Assembly: GCA_963827275.1 (NCBI GenBank)
Contig: CAWHAA010000004.1
Location: 256,001 to 320,000, forward strand
DNA: 64,000 nt
Direction: 5' to 3'
Source: an uncultured Spirochaetota bacterium
GTDB lineage: Bacteria > Spirochaetota > UBA4802 > UBA5550
The position numbers and the translations under genes are program-made. The notes beneath the pieces are model-generated. The model searched no databases and was not told the origin of the DNA. It worked only from the letters and a program-made list of their open reading frames with translations. Of the stretch, positions 1-9,965 are shown piece after piece. The stretch's first letter is position 1. Every line of letters begins with the position of its first letter.

Positions 1-378
1 CCTGACGGCGTGGACGTCGACACCGAAAAACGCGGACTGGTGATCCGGCTGGGCGACGTCCTCTTCGATTTCGATTCCGCGGGACTGCGTCATGACAGCA
101 GGGCGAAGCTCGACCGGGTGGCGGACCTGTTAAAGAAGAAGTACCCTGACCGCGAGATCATCGTCGAGGGACACACGGACAGCATGGGCGGCACGGACTA
201 TAACCTGCGACTCTCGCGGGACCGGGCCAGGAGCGTGGCCGGGTATCTGAAAGAAAAGGCGGGCCCGGACAAGCTCTCTTTCCGCGGCCTCGGCGCGGAC
301 AGGCCGATCGCGGACAACGGCACGAAGGAGGGGCGGCAGAAGAACCGCCGTGTGGAGATCATCATCAAGCTGGAATAA
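1..378 (+). CDS. OmpA/MotB-type peptidoglycan-binding C-terminal domain protein (5' partial)
   Basis: VLFDFDS, VEGHTDSMG, YNLRLSRDRA and GRQKNRRVEI are OmpA_C motifs; the frame runs off the window start. Confidence 0.9.
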   Translation, partial: PDGVDVDTEKRGLVIRLGDVLFDFDSAGLRHDSRAKLDRVADLLKKKYPDREIIVEGHTDSMGGTDYNLRLSRDRARSVAGYLKEKAGPDKLSFRGLGADRPIADNGTKEGRQKNRRVEIIIKLE

Positions 379-472
379 GCGGGGCCGCCGCTTCGGCTTC
401 GTGTGAAAAATACAATCGCATATGTTATTACGTGAAGACGCAAAATTTGTCATACTGTCCCGGAGGCCTCTG

Positions 473-868
473 ATGAAACTACTGGTGATAACCGGCTCCT
501 TCCTGATCATCCTGTCGATTGCAACCGGCTGGCTGATCGTCGCAAAGCGGTACCTCGCACTGGTCCCCGCTGTCAGCATCATCAAGGATGATATCAGGCT
601 GGTGAAAGGACACATGGAGTATCCGGTCATGGCCCTGCTGCTCTTTTCATTTTATGCATTGAACCAGGAGATGCCGTACTGCCTTGTCGTGCCCGCCTGC
701 ATCGGAGCCTTCACCAACCCCTCACTGCAGCTGTTTCTCTCGATAAAGCCCGATGTCGAAAAGCGCGCTACCTCGTTATTCGGGATCATCAGCACCCTGA
801 GCTTCCTCGCGACATCGGTCGGCCTGGGCGGCCTGGCCGTGCTGACCATCTATGAAATCATGAAATAA
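473..868 (+). CDS. Small integral membrane protein (about 4 TM), function unknown
   Basis: GGAGG at 462-466 before ATG 473; four hydrophobic segments; KGHMEYPVM and IGAFTNP segments. Confidence 0.7.
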   Translation: MKLLVITGSFLIILSIATGWLIVAKRYLALVPAVSIIKDDIRLVKGHMEYPVMALLLFSFYALNQEMPYCLVVPACIGAFTNPSLQLFLSIKPDVEKRATSLFGIISTLSFLATSVGLGGLAVLTIYEIMK

Positions 869-999
869 ACCGCATGGCGGGAGCGGCGGGGAGGCCGCAC
901 GTTCATCGCGGAATATTTTTTTCCTTGCAATATAAACAAAATTCGATTGAATGTTTACGTCTGCGTCTGATTTTTAAAACCCGTCTTGGTCGCCGACCA

Positions 1000-2850
1000 A
1001 TGATTATGGAGTATTCCCGCATGGAAACTATCGAAGCGTTCCGCAAGGACATTAAAAATTTTACAAAAGTGTTCATCCTTTCAACCGAAACCGTCAGTTA
1101 CCTGGTGCTCATTCCCGCACTGGTGCTCTATGTGTGGACCAACTTCAACCTGAACCCGCCGCAGCTCGTAATATTTTTCAGGTGCGTGGGGATCGCGGTT
1201 GTCATTTCGCTGGTCTCGACGAACATAGCGGACCGTGTCATCGTCGCGCCGGTCGTGAAATATTTTGCCCTGCTGCTCAGGGACGAAGCGGTGCCGGAGG
1301 AGGTGTACGCCCGGGCGCAGCGGAGGTTCTTCTCCCTTCCCTATGTCCATGCCCTCAATTCGGCGCTCCAGTGGGTGTTCGGGCTTGCCGTGGCGATCAT
1401 CCCCTTCAGCATGCTGGCCGACCTGAGCCCGATGCAGAAGATCAATATCTATTTTATCATGATCGTCATACCGCCGCTCGGGGGGATGCTGTTCTTCCTC
1501 CTCACGGAGCTCTACTTTCAGAAATTGCTCAACAAGGGGCTGTTCCACCGCATCGTCTTGAAGAAATTCGGGTTTCGCATGAACCTGATGACGAGGATAT
1601 TTCTCTCCATCATACTCATACTGGTGATACCGGCCGTGGGCTTCAACGGCTACTACTCGGTGGTGCTGGAATCCGCCAAAATCGAGTCGCACGTCTCATA
1701 CCTGAAGCTGGGCGGCATCGTCCTTTTCGGCGTTATCGTCGCGTTCAGCCTCGTGACGGTCCTCTGGCGCTCCATAAGCGTGAAGATGGGGCTCATCTCC
1801 GGCTTCCTCGACAGCATCGGCCGCGGCGACCTCGCGGTGCAGAAGAGCGTCTTCGCCGTCATAGACGAGCTGACGGACATCAACCAGACCGTGTATATCA
1901 TGAAAAAAAACATTTCCTCGATGATGTCCGACATCAATTCGATCTCGACGAAGCTTGATGAATCCAGCCGCAACACCTCGGAGATCACCACCTCCTTTTC
2001 GGAGGTGACGCAGAACCAGGCCGCCACGGTCGAGGAGGTGACCGCCACCATCGAGGAGATATCGGCCGGCATGGACGGGATAGCCAGCGGCGCGCAGGGG
2101 CAGCTGGACAGCCTGATGTCCCTCATCGAGCGGATGGGCGAGATGACCGGCATTATCCGCGAGCTCTCGGAAAACATATCGAGCGCCTCGTCGCTTGCCT
2201 CCGGCATCACGGCAGAAGCGAAACGGGGCGAGGAATCGCTCCGGCAGATGAACCAGAGCATGCTTACCATCAACGCCGGTTCGCAGCAGATGACGAGTAT
2301 CGTGAACATAATCCAGGACATCTCGGATAAAATCAACCTCCTGTCGCTGAACGCTTCCATCGAGGCCGCGCGGGCGGGGGACGCGGGGCGGGGGTTCGCG
2401 GTCGTCGCCGACGAGATCTCGAAGCTGGCGGACAATACCGCCTCAAGCGTGAAGGACATCGACGGGCTCATCAAGACGACCGACGGCGAGATACGGAAGG
2501 GGCTTTCGGGCGTGACTGACGTGGTGGAACGGATCGGCAGGATCAGCGCCGGCATCGACGAAATGAACGGCATGGTGCAGAAGATAGCGGGCATCATGCA
2601 GAAGCAGGAGGAGATGAACGCCATGGTCGACCGGGAGGCCACCGAGGTCAAGGCAAAGTCGCAGGAGATCGAGAGCGCCACCATGGAGCAGAAGACCGCC
2701 ATCACCGAGGTCGTGCATTCGGTGACGAGGATCAACGAGCTGACCCAGACCATAAGCGCCGGTTCTGAGGAGATCACCGCGAACACCGACGAAAACGCGA
2801 AAATCGCCGATATACTCAAGAACAAGATGGACCAGTTCAAGATTGCGTAG
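1000..2850 (+). CDS. Methyl-accepting chemotaxis protein with multi-TM N-terminus
   Basis: Signalling-tip motif [33 protein letters not shown]; about 6 TM helices then a HAMP-like segment; start uncertain (1000-1021). Confidence 0.95.
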   Translation: MIMEYSRMETIEAFRKDIKNFTKVFILSTETVSYLVLIPALVLYVWTNFNLNPPQLVIFFRCVGIAVVISLVSTNIADRVIVAPVVKYFALLLRDEAVPEEVYARAQRRFFSLPYVHALNSALQWVFGLAVAIIPFSMLADLSPMQKINIYFIMIVIPPLGGMLFFLLTELYFQKLLNKGLFHRIVLKKFGFRMNLMTRIFLSIILILVIPAVGFNGYYSVVLESAKIESHVSYLKLGGIVLFGVIVAFSLVTVLWRSISVKMGLISGFLDSIGRGDLAVQKSVFAVIDELTDINQTVYIMKKNISSMMSDINSISTKLDESSRNTSEITTSFSEVTQNQAATVEEVTATIEEISAGMDGIASGAQGQLDSLMSLIERMGEMTGIIRELSENISSASSLASGITAEAKRGEESLRQMNQSMLTINAGSQQMTSIVNIIQDISDKINLLSLNASIEAARAGDAGRGFAVVADEISKLADNTASSVKDIDGLIKTTDGEIRKGLSGVTDVVERIGRISAGIDEMNGMVQKIAGIMQKQEEMNAMVDREATEVKAKSQEIESATMEQKTAITEVVHSVTRINELTQTISAGSEEITANTDENAKIADILKNKMDQFKIA

Positions 2851-2888
2851 CGCGGCGGCTTCGCGGGGGCGCCGTCACCGGCAATGCG

Positions 2889-4544
2889 TCACGGCTTCAC
2901 CTCGTCGATGAATGTCAGGTCGTCCCTGTTCAGGACGATGATCTTTTTGTCCTGGCGGTTGATGTAGATGTAGTTGTCCCAGAAGCTGATGAAGGTGTTC
3001 TCGCTCAGCTCCTCCTTCGACTTCGCCACGAGCTTCAGGCTCCCGTCGAAGCGGCCCAGGTGGTACACGCCGCTGTCGTAGGTAATCGCGTAGATGAAGC
3101 CGTCCCGGATCTCGATGAAGCTCCGCCAGAAGATGTTGTCGTCGCCGTAGATCTTCGCCTGCAGGGTGTCCTTGTCGACCAGGGTGAGCCGGTGCCCGGA
3201 GGTGTGGCTCCCCCGGTGCGTAATGATGACGATCCCGCCGGAATAGACGTCGTACCTGTTCCCGCAGATGTTCTCCACCGGCGACTTGAACATGATCTTG
3301 CGGGTTGAGGCGTTGATCATGTACAGGTTGTTGTTGTAATGCCCGCCGTCGAGGTATTCCTGGATCTTCAGGTAATAGAGCTTGCCCGCGTAGATGTTCT
3401 TGTCCAGCTCCTTCTCGCGGAGCTTGTCCTCCCGCTTGTCGAGCTCCTTCTCCTTTTCCTCGAGCTTCTTCTTCGCCCCTGCCGGGTCCTTTTTGATGTC
3501 GCGGCTGATCTCGTCCTTCTTTATCTGCTTCTTCTCGTCGTCAATGCTCTTCTTGCGCTCTTCGAGCTTTTTCTTCTCATCGGCGACCGTCTTTTCCTTT
3601 TTCTTTGACGTTTCTTCCTGCTTCTGCGTCTCTTTCTTTTCTGCCGCGAGCTCCTTTTCCTTTTTCTCGATCTCCTTCTCTTTTTCCCTGCGTTTTTCAG
3701 GCTCGATTATTTTTTTTGTCTCTTCTTTTTCCTTTTTCAGGTCCTCTTCCTTTTTCTTGACCTGCTTCTTTTTCCTGTCCAGCGCTTCCTTCTCCTGCTC
3801 CAGCTGCTTCTGCTTTTTTTTCAGCTCGTCCGTATCCTTCTCCAGCGTGCGCTCCCGCAGGTCGGCCATGTTCTTGCGGTCGGGTATGTTTTTGTCGCTT
3901 TTGCGGAGCTGGTCGATGGTCTTCCTGTCGGAAAGGACGTCCGGCTGTATGGCGTCAAGCTTCCCCTTCTGCGCCTCTTCCGTGAGGGGGATCAGCATCT
4001 TCGTCGCGCCGGGCCACTCCCAGTATTTCGTGGAGATGCCCGCGTTCCGCGCCGCTATGTGCTTCATGACGACGCCCTTGTACTTTGATCCGAAGTAGGC
4101 GATGTCGCCGCGGTGCACCGCGTTGTAGTAAGAAAGGAACAGTGCCAGCGTGCGGCCGTCCTTCCGCGAATAGCCGTAGCGCGACGACAGGTACGCCATC
4201 GCGATGCGCCGCACCGTGTCGATGTGCCCGACCTTCGCGTCCCTGTCGATGGAGAAGATGTCGGCGGAGTACTTGTCCGGCTCCTCTTTGGAGACGGCGC
4301 GGATGATGGAATATTTCATGTGGAAGCGGACGGTGCCGGCGTCGCTTCCCTTCGAGAGCTGTCTGCCGATCGCCTCGACCTCGCTGAGCGGGTCGGCCTT
4401 TTTCGGGTCGCCCTTGTAGTTGATGAACTCGACCCGCCTGGTGCGGATTTCGTCCACGTCAACCTCGAGGGCGGCCGCGCCGGCGAGGGGGATGATCGTC
4501 AAAAGGGCTGCAAGGACGGTGCGTGTGATATTGTTTGTTTTCAT
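2889..4544 (-). CDS. P83/100-family spirochaete antigen-like exported protein
   Basis: Signal peptide; VEFINYKG, SADIFSI, LSYYNAVHRGD and WEWPGATKMLIPL segments typical of the P83/100 N-terminus; long K/E-rich coiled coil; C-terminal beta-rich domain. Confidence 0.8.
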   Translation of the reverse strand: MKTNNITRTVLAALLTIIPLAGAAALEVDVDEIRTRRVEFINYKGDPKKADPLSEVEAIGRQLSKGSDAGTVRFHMKYSIIRAVSKEEPDKYSADIFSIDRDAKVGHIDTVRRIAMAYLSSRYGYSRKDGRTLALFLSYYNAVHRGDIAYFGSKYKGVVMKHIAARNAGISTKYWEWPGATKMLIPLTEEAQKGKLDAIQPDVLSDRKTIDQLRKSDKNIPDRKNMADLRERTLEKDTDELKKKQKQLEQEKEALDRKKKQVKKKEEDLKKEKEETKKIIEPEKRREKEKEIEKKEKELAAEKKETQKQEETSKKKEKTVADEKKKLEERKKSIDDEKKQIKKDEISRDIKKDPAGAKKKLEEKEKELDKREDKLREKELDKNIYAGKLYYLKIQEYLDGGHYNNNLYMINASTRKIMFKSPVENICGNRYDVYSGGIVIITHRGSHTSGHRLTLVDKDTLQAKIYGDDNIFWRSFIEIRDGFIYAITYDSGVYHLGRFDGSLKLVAKSKEELSENTFISFWDNYIYINRQDKKIIVLNRDDLTFIDEVKP

Positions 4545-4674
4545 TGTGTGTCTCCGGCATTCTTGTCAGCATGATGGCTGATTCTGGTGTCATGTCAAGA
4601 TACTTGCGGCGTGACGCCGCACCCCATGGCGGGCGTGTGAATTATCCGCCCGGTACCCCGGTATCCAGGCGTAT

Positions 4675-5151
4675 TTATTCTTTGTTCAGGTCGTCCAGTA
4701 CCGCAAGCAGATCGCCGTTTTCGGGAATATCGGACATTGAATTTCCGTAATGCTTGTAGCGTATCATCCCCTTTTTGTCAACGATCAGCTGCGCGGGCAT
4801 CCGGCCGAGTTTGAGGATTTTGACCTGCTGTCCGTAGAGCCTTGATATGCTGTGGTCCGGGTCCGCGAGGCCCACAAAAGGCATCCGGTGTTCATGCCAC
4901 CATTCAGAGAAGGCCTGTGCGCTTTCCGGACCTATGGCGATGACCTCGGCCCCCCGCTTCACGAATTCATCATATTCCTGGCGCAACTGTGCCATGTGCC
5001 TCCGGCAGTATGGTCAGGCAAAACCCCGGTTGAACACAAGGACGACGATTTTTTTCCCTTTATAATCCGAAAGTTGTACCGGCTGTCCGTTGCTGTCCGC
5101 CAGCTGAAAATCCGGCGCAGGGTTCGGCTCTGTTTTTTCGATGTTACTCAC
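4675..5151 (-). CDS. AhpC/TSA peroxiredoxin-like selenoprotein (UxxC; in-frame TGA at 5016-5014)
   Basis: ORFs 5014..5238 and 4675..4995 are in one frame and read APDFQLADSNGQPVQLSDYKGKKIVVLVFNRGFA*PYCRRHMAQLRQ; GTG 5151 preceded by AGGAG. Confidence 0.88.
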
Positions 5152-5387
5152 CAGTGCATCTCCTGACAATTCGTATAATGAAGGAACATTTATCCGGCAG
5201 CTGGCTGGTATGCTATAACGTTCCTTACGAAAAGTCAAGAAGTAATACTGCCCGCGGATCAGGAAGGTTCGACCTGTTCCATGTCGTACCTCAGGAGACG
5301 ACGCCTTGTTCCTGCGCCATTATAACACTTGACTTTTATAAAATAATACGATAAAAGCGTAACTGAAAAAAAACAGGAAGTGCCTCC

Positions 5388-5822
5388 ATGAATAATCCCG
5401 ACAAAGCAGTTGCATATTTCGAAAAAGGTATGAACTGCGCCCAATCGGTGCTCAGCGTGTACGGCCCCCTGTGCGGCCTTGACGCCGGGACCTGCGTCCG
5501 CATCGCGTCGCCCTTCGGCGGCGGCATCGGCCATACCCAGGGGATATGCGGGGCGCTGACCGGCGCGGTCATGGCGATCGGGCTGAAGCACGGCGAGGGG
5601 ACCGCGGAGCGCGACAGGCGGGACCGCATCAACGAGCTGGCGCGCGATTTTATCGATGAATTCAGGAAGCGCAACGGAGACATCATGTGCCGCAGGCTCC
5701 TCGACTTCGACATCACCACCGAGAGCGGCCTGCTCGAGGCGCGGCGCCTTGGAAAATTCGGGGCCTGCGCCGGATATATCCGCTCCGCGGCGGAACTGCT
5801 GGATACGATGCTGCAAGTATGA
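5388..5822 (+). CDS. C_GCAxxG_C_C family putative redox protein
   Basis: NCAQSV, FGGGIG, ICGALTG, MCRRLL and ACAGY cysteine pattern. Confidence 0.9.
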   Translation: MNNPDKAVAYFEKGMNCAQSVLSVYGPLCGLDAGTCVRIASPFGGGIGHTQGICGALTGAVMAIGLKHGEGTAERDRRDRINELARDFIDEFRKRNGDIMCRRLLDFDITTESGLLEARRLGKFGACAGYIRSAAELLDTMLQV

Positions 5823-6679
5823 AACGTGCCACCGACCACCCCGGCCGCGGCGCCGCGTTCTTCGCCGGGTTCACGCCCGCGGCGCACCGCGGGGCGTCCC
5901 GCGAGTTCCCGGAAAACACCCTCGAGGCCTTCCGGCGCGCCCGCGAGATACTGCCCGGCTGCCTGCTCGAGACCGACGTGCGCCAGACCGGCGACGGCGG
6001 CATCGTCATCATCCACGATGAATTCCTTGACGCCGGGACGAACGGCGCCGGCCGGGTGCGCGACTGGTCCACCGCCGACGTCCTCTCGCTTGACGCCGGG
6101 TACAACATCTCCTTCGACGGCGGCGCGACCTATCCCTTCCGGGGCGCGGGGCACCGCGTCCCCCTCCTTTCAGAGGCCCTGTCGGCGTTTCCCGGCGCCA
6201 GGTTCTCAATCGACATCAAGGACCGGGACACCGGCGCGGCGCGGGAGGCCGTCATGATCATCGCGAAGCACCGGGCGTCGGGGCGGGTGGTCATCGGATC
6301 GTTTTACGATGATATCATCCGGTATGTCCGGAAGAACTTCCCGCACATCATCACCGCCTATTCGCGGAACGAGACGCTCCGGCTCCTCGCGGCGCAGAAG
6401 CTCGGCATGCCGGTCCGACGGCGGGGTGACGCGCTCCTTGTCCCCGAGGTCATCGGGGGAGGGAGCTACGAGTGGGAGGGGGAGCGCCCGGGCCGGACCT
6501 TCAGGGTCGTCACGCAGCGCCTTATCACCGCGGCGCACCGGCGCGGCATCCCGGTGCTCGCCTGGACCATCAACCGGCCCGGGAACATGCGCCGGCTTAT
6601 TGACTGGGGGATCGACGGCATCGTCACGGACCGCATCGACCTGCTGAAAGAGGTGATGGCGGAAAAAGGGATCGCGTAA
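5819..6679 (+). CDS. Glycerophosphodiester phosphodiesterase (GDPD family)
   Basis: AHRGASREFPENT, ETDV, IHD and WTIN...GIDGIVTDR; ATGA overlap with the upstream gene. Confidence 0.92.
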   Translation: MKRATDHPGRGAAFFAGFTPAAHRGASREFPENTLEAFRRAREILPGCLLETDVRQTGDGGIVIIHDEFLDAGTNGAGRVRDWSTADVLSLDAGYNISFDGGATYPFRGAGHRVPLLSEALSAFPGARFSIDIKDRDTGAAREAVMIIAKHRASGRVVIGSFYDDIIRYVRKNFPHIITAYSRNETLRLLAAQKLGMPVRRRGDALLVPEVIGGGSYEWEGERPGRTFRVVTQRLITAAHRRGIPVLAWTINRPGNMRRLIDWGIDGIVTDRIDLLKEVMAEKGIA

Positions 6680-6758
6680 TCACGTCAAATATTTCATTGA
6701 CAGAAAAATATACGGCGCGACGATAGGCGCATCGCGACTGGCGATTCCGAGGTGCCCC

Positions 6759-8054
6759 ATGTTCTGGAACAAAGAGATAGAGACCATAGACCGGAAAGCG
6801 CTGGAGTCCCTGCAGTTTAAAAAGCTCTCGAAGGCCCTCAGCGACGCCGCTTCCACCCCCTTTTATCGAAAAGTTTTCAAAGAACATAACATCAACGTAC
6901 AGAACATTTCGTCGCTCGATCACCTGAAAGACCTCCCGTTCACCACCAAGGCCGACCTGCGCCTGAGCTATCCTGACGGCATGGTGGCGGTCCCCCGGAG
7001 CGAGATCGTGCGCATGCACGCCTCCTCGGGCACCACGGGCAAATCGACGGTCATCTTCTACACCGCGCAGGACATCTCTGACTGGGCCGACCTGATCGCC
7101 CGCAGCATGATGGCCTCCGGCACCACCCGCGACGACGTGTTCCAGAACATGATGGGATACGGCCTCTTCACCGGCGGGCTGGGCCTCCACTACGGAGCGG
7201 AACGCCTCGGCTGCATGGTGATCCCGGCGTCCTCGGGGAACAGCCTGAAGCAGATCCAGCTCATGCAGGACTTTCACACGACGACGATCCACATCACCCC
7301 GAGCTACGCCCTCCACCTGGGGGACGTGGTCGCCGAACAGGGGATCCGCCCGCCTGACCTGGGCGTGAAGCGCGCCTACCTGGGCGCCGAGCCCTATTCC
7401 GAGGAGACGCGGAACAAGCTCCAGGAGCAGTGGGGGCTCACCGCGTACAACTCGTACGGGCTGTCGGAGATGAACGGCCCCGGCGTCTCCTTCGAGTGCG
7501 AGGAGCAGTGCGGCATGCACATCTGGGAGGACTTCTACATCCCTGAAATTATAGACCCGGACACCGGGGAGCGCCTGCCGGACGGCGAGGCGGGCGAGCT
7601 GGTGCTCACCCACATCAACCGCGCCGCGATGCCCATCATCCGCTACCGCACCCGCGACCTGACGCGGATCATCCCCGAGCGGTGCGCGTGCGGCAGGACG
7701 CACCGGCGCATGGAGCGGATCAAGGGGCGCACCGACGACATGCTCATCGTGGGCGGCGTGAACGTGTTCCCGTCGCAGATAGAGTCGGTGCTGATGAAGA
7801 TACCGGAGGTGGGGAACAACTACCAGATCGTCCTCGACCGCCACGAGAACCTGGACCGGCTGCACATCCGGGTCGAGATATACTCCAAGATGTTCCAGGG
7901 CGACCTGAAGGCGCTGGAGCGGCTCAAGAAGAAGGTCGTGGAAGAGCTCAAGGCCCTCATCACCGTGAACCCGCGCATCGAGTTTCTGGAGCCGGGATCG
8001 CTGCCGCCGAGCACGGGCAAGGCGGTCCGGGTCATCGACAACAGGAAGATATAG
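6759..8054 (+). CDS. paaK: Phenylacetate-CoA ligase family
   Basis: RMHASSGTTGK, YGLFTGGLG, YGLSEMNGPG, RYRTRD and GRTDDMLIV. Confidence 0.92.
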   Translation: MFWNKEIETIDRKALESLQFKKLSKALSDAASTPFYRKVFKEHNINVQNISSLDHLKDLPFTTKADLRLSYPDGMVAVPRSEIVRMHASSGTTGKSTVIFYTAQDISDWADLIARSMMASGTTRDDVFQNMMGYGLFTGGLGLHYGAERLGCMVIPASSGNSLKQIQLMQDFHTTTIHITPSYALHLGDVVAEQGIRPPDLGVKRAYLGAEPYSEETRNKLQEQWGLTAYNSYGLSEMNGPGVSFECEEQCGMHIWEDFYIPEIIDPDTGERLPDGEAGELVLTHINRAAMPIIRYRTRDLTRIIPERCACGRTHRRMERIKGRTDDMLIVGGVNVFPSQIESVLMKIPEVGNNYQIVLDRHENLDRLHIRVEIYSKMFQGDLKALERLKKKVVEELKALITVNPRIEFLEPGSLPPSTGKAVRVIDNRKI

Positions 8055-8064
8055 GGAGGTCCAT

Positions 8065-8493
8065 ATGCCGCAGCAGATATCCATCTTCGCAGAAAACAAG
8101 CCGGGAAAGATAGAGCGCATCTCCGGCATCCTCGGCAGGAGCGGCGTCAACATGAGGGCCATCACCATCGCCGATTCCGGCGATTACGGCATCATCAAGA
8201 TACTGGCGGACCGGCCGGTTGACGGGTGCAACGCCCTCAAGGCCGACGGCATCGCCGCGACCCTGAAGGAGATCGTGGCGGTGAAGATCGACGACAGCCC
8301 GGGCGGCCTCCACAAGGCGTCGTCGGTCCTGTCGAAAAACAACATCAACGTCGATGACGCCTACGGCTTCACGATCCGCGGGAGCAACGAGGCGGTGTTC
8401 GTGTTCCAGGTGAGCGACACGAAAAAGACCGAGAAGGCCCTGCGGGACGCCGGCTTCACGGTCCTCGGCGACAAGGAGCTCTATTTCCTCTGA
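8065..8493 (+). CDS. Tandem ACT-domain protein (usual paaK partner)
   Basis: QISIFAENKPG and DSPGGL...NINVDDAY; directly downstream of paaK. Confidence 0.9.
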   Translation: MPQQISIFAENKPGKIERISGILGRSGVNMRAITIADSGDYGIIKILADRPVDGCNALKADGIAATLKEIVAVKIDDSPGGLHKASSVLSKNNINVDDAYGFTIRGSNEAVFVFQVSDTKKTEKALRDAGFTVLGDKELYFL

Positions 8494-8536
8494 TGGCGGC
8501 CGGCGCGCGGCACCGCGCCCCGTCGCCGTCCGCCGT

Positions 8537-9958
8537 TCATATCCGCGCCCCGAACCCCGCGTTAAAAGCGATGAAATCCATGAGCGTGCGCTTCTCTATG
8601 ACCATGCCGTAATCCGCGCCCAGGGAGAACGAGTACCTGCCCTGCACCGTGTATGAGAGCGTGAGCCCGGCCATGACAAACGGCTCGTACCCCTGCCGCG
8701 ACGGGTAGACCAGCCCGTGCACCCCGGCGTTTCTTTTTGAATAGCCGATTTTTATGAATGCGCACCCGCCGAAGAGTTCCGGGGCGATAGAGAAGGCGTC
8801 GGTGATCATGAAGCGGTAGCTCGCGGCGGCGACCATCGGGACGATGTACGATTCGCCCACCGACCTTCCCCAGCCGGTGAAATAGAAGCAGCCGCTTCCC
8901 AGCCCGATATTCAGGCACCAGGCCGGGAAGTTCGCGGCAGAGAAGAGCGCCATGCCGCCGTACCCCGGGTGGAGCATCACGCCCAGGTCGCGCACCGGCA
9001 TGAGGAAGCTCCCCCGCACGGCAATGTCGAACTCTATCACCCGGGTGTTCACCAGCGCGTCGCCGGATTCATCGCCGTCGTTGTCAACGGCGCGCAGCGC
9101 GAACCGGTGGGTGACGCCGGGATCGAGGCCCGCCACGCTGAAGGCGGTGCCGGCCGTCTCCCCCGCCGGTACGGGCGCCGTGCCGCCCAGGGCGAGGACG
9201 CGGTAGTTCACGACCGCGCCGTCAGGGTCCACGGCCGGCCGCCAGGTGATGCTCACCGGGAGCTTCCCGCTGTCAAGGGGCAGGCGCGCGAGCCGGGCGC
9301 CCCGGGGCGGGCCGGGCGGCGTGTTGGTCATGACCACGATTTCATCGGTGGGGAGGGACTCGCCGCCCTCCCCGTCGAGGGCGGTCACCTTGAGCGCGTA
9401 GGCGCTCTTTTTCTTCAGGCCGCGCACGGTGTACGAACGCCGCCGGGTGCTCCCCGCGGTCTCCCACCGGGCGCTCCCCGTTTCCCTGAAATAGACGCGG
9501 TAGGAATGCGGCGGCTTGTAGGGAGGGAACCAGGCCACCCCTATCGACGTCGTGTCGGCCTTCCCGCGGAGGTCCGTGGGGTTGGTCCGCGCGATGAAGA
9601 GCACCTTCTTCCGGGGCAGGGCGTACTCCTCGACCCGGTCAAGCCGGTCGCGGAAGATGTAGGCATCGGCGTTCTCGTCAACCATGTACGCTTCCCGGGA
9701 GGAGCCGTCGGTGAGCCGGACCACCACCCTGCCGAGATAGATATCGGTGTACAGTATGCGGAGCACCTGCCCCCGGCCGATGGCGCGCGCCGCGCCGTCA
9801 GGGGGCTTCACGGTGATGGAGGTGCCGGTTTCGCTGAGGATGCGGCCCCGCACGATGTCCCCGTTTTTCAGGAACACGCACTCGGCCGAAGTCCGCGGGG
9901 CCGGCAGCAGGGTGACGAGCGCCGCTGCGGCAAGGGAGTAGATCAGTCCGCGCGCCAT
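8537..9958 (-). CDS. Exported protein: two small N-terminal beta domains, two fibronectin type III domains, C-terminal putative outer-membrane beta-barrel
   Basis: Signal peptide ending SA; FN3 signatures (W...Y.V; L......Y.L.V.A.D..G.ES) twice; alternating aromatic/Gly strands ending FNAGFGARI. Confidence 0.8.
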   Translation of the reverse strand: MARGLIYSLAAAALVTLLPAPRTSAECVFLKNGDIVRGRILSETGTSITVKPPDGAARAIGRGQVLRILYTDIYLGRVVVRLTDGSSREAYMVDENADAYIFRDRLDRVEEYALPRKKVLFIARTNPTDLRGKADTTSIGVAWFPPYKPPHSYRVYFRETGSARWETAGSTRRRSYTVRGLKKKSAYALKVTALDGEGGESLPTDEIVVMTNTPPGPPRGARLARLPLDSGKLPVSITWRPAVDPDGAVVNYRVLALGGTAPVPAGETAGTAFSVAGLDPGVTHRFALRAVDNDGDESGDALVNTRVIEFDIAVRGSFLMPVRDLGVMLHPGYGGMALFSAANFPAWCLNIGLGSGCFYFTGWGRSVGESYIVPMVAAASYRFMITDAFSIAPELFGGCAFIKIGYSKRNAGVHGLVYPSRQGYEPFVMAGLTLSYTVQGRYSFSLGADYGMVIEKRTLMDFIAFNAGFGARI

Positions 9959-9965
9959 GCGCCTG

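Noticed and set aside
3394..4098. Long Ser/Phe-rich plus-strand ORF
   Set aside because: Antisense shadow of the Lys/Glu-rich coiled coil of the P83/100-like gene
6624..8168. 514-aa minus-strand ORF, and similar long antisense ORFs over the MCP, flcA, dnaK and prfA
   Set aside because: Shadow ORFs expected in GC-rich DNA opposite well-supported genes; no recognisable motifs
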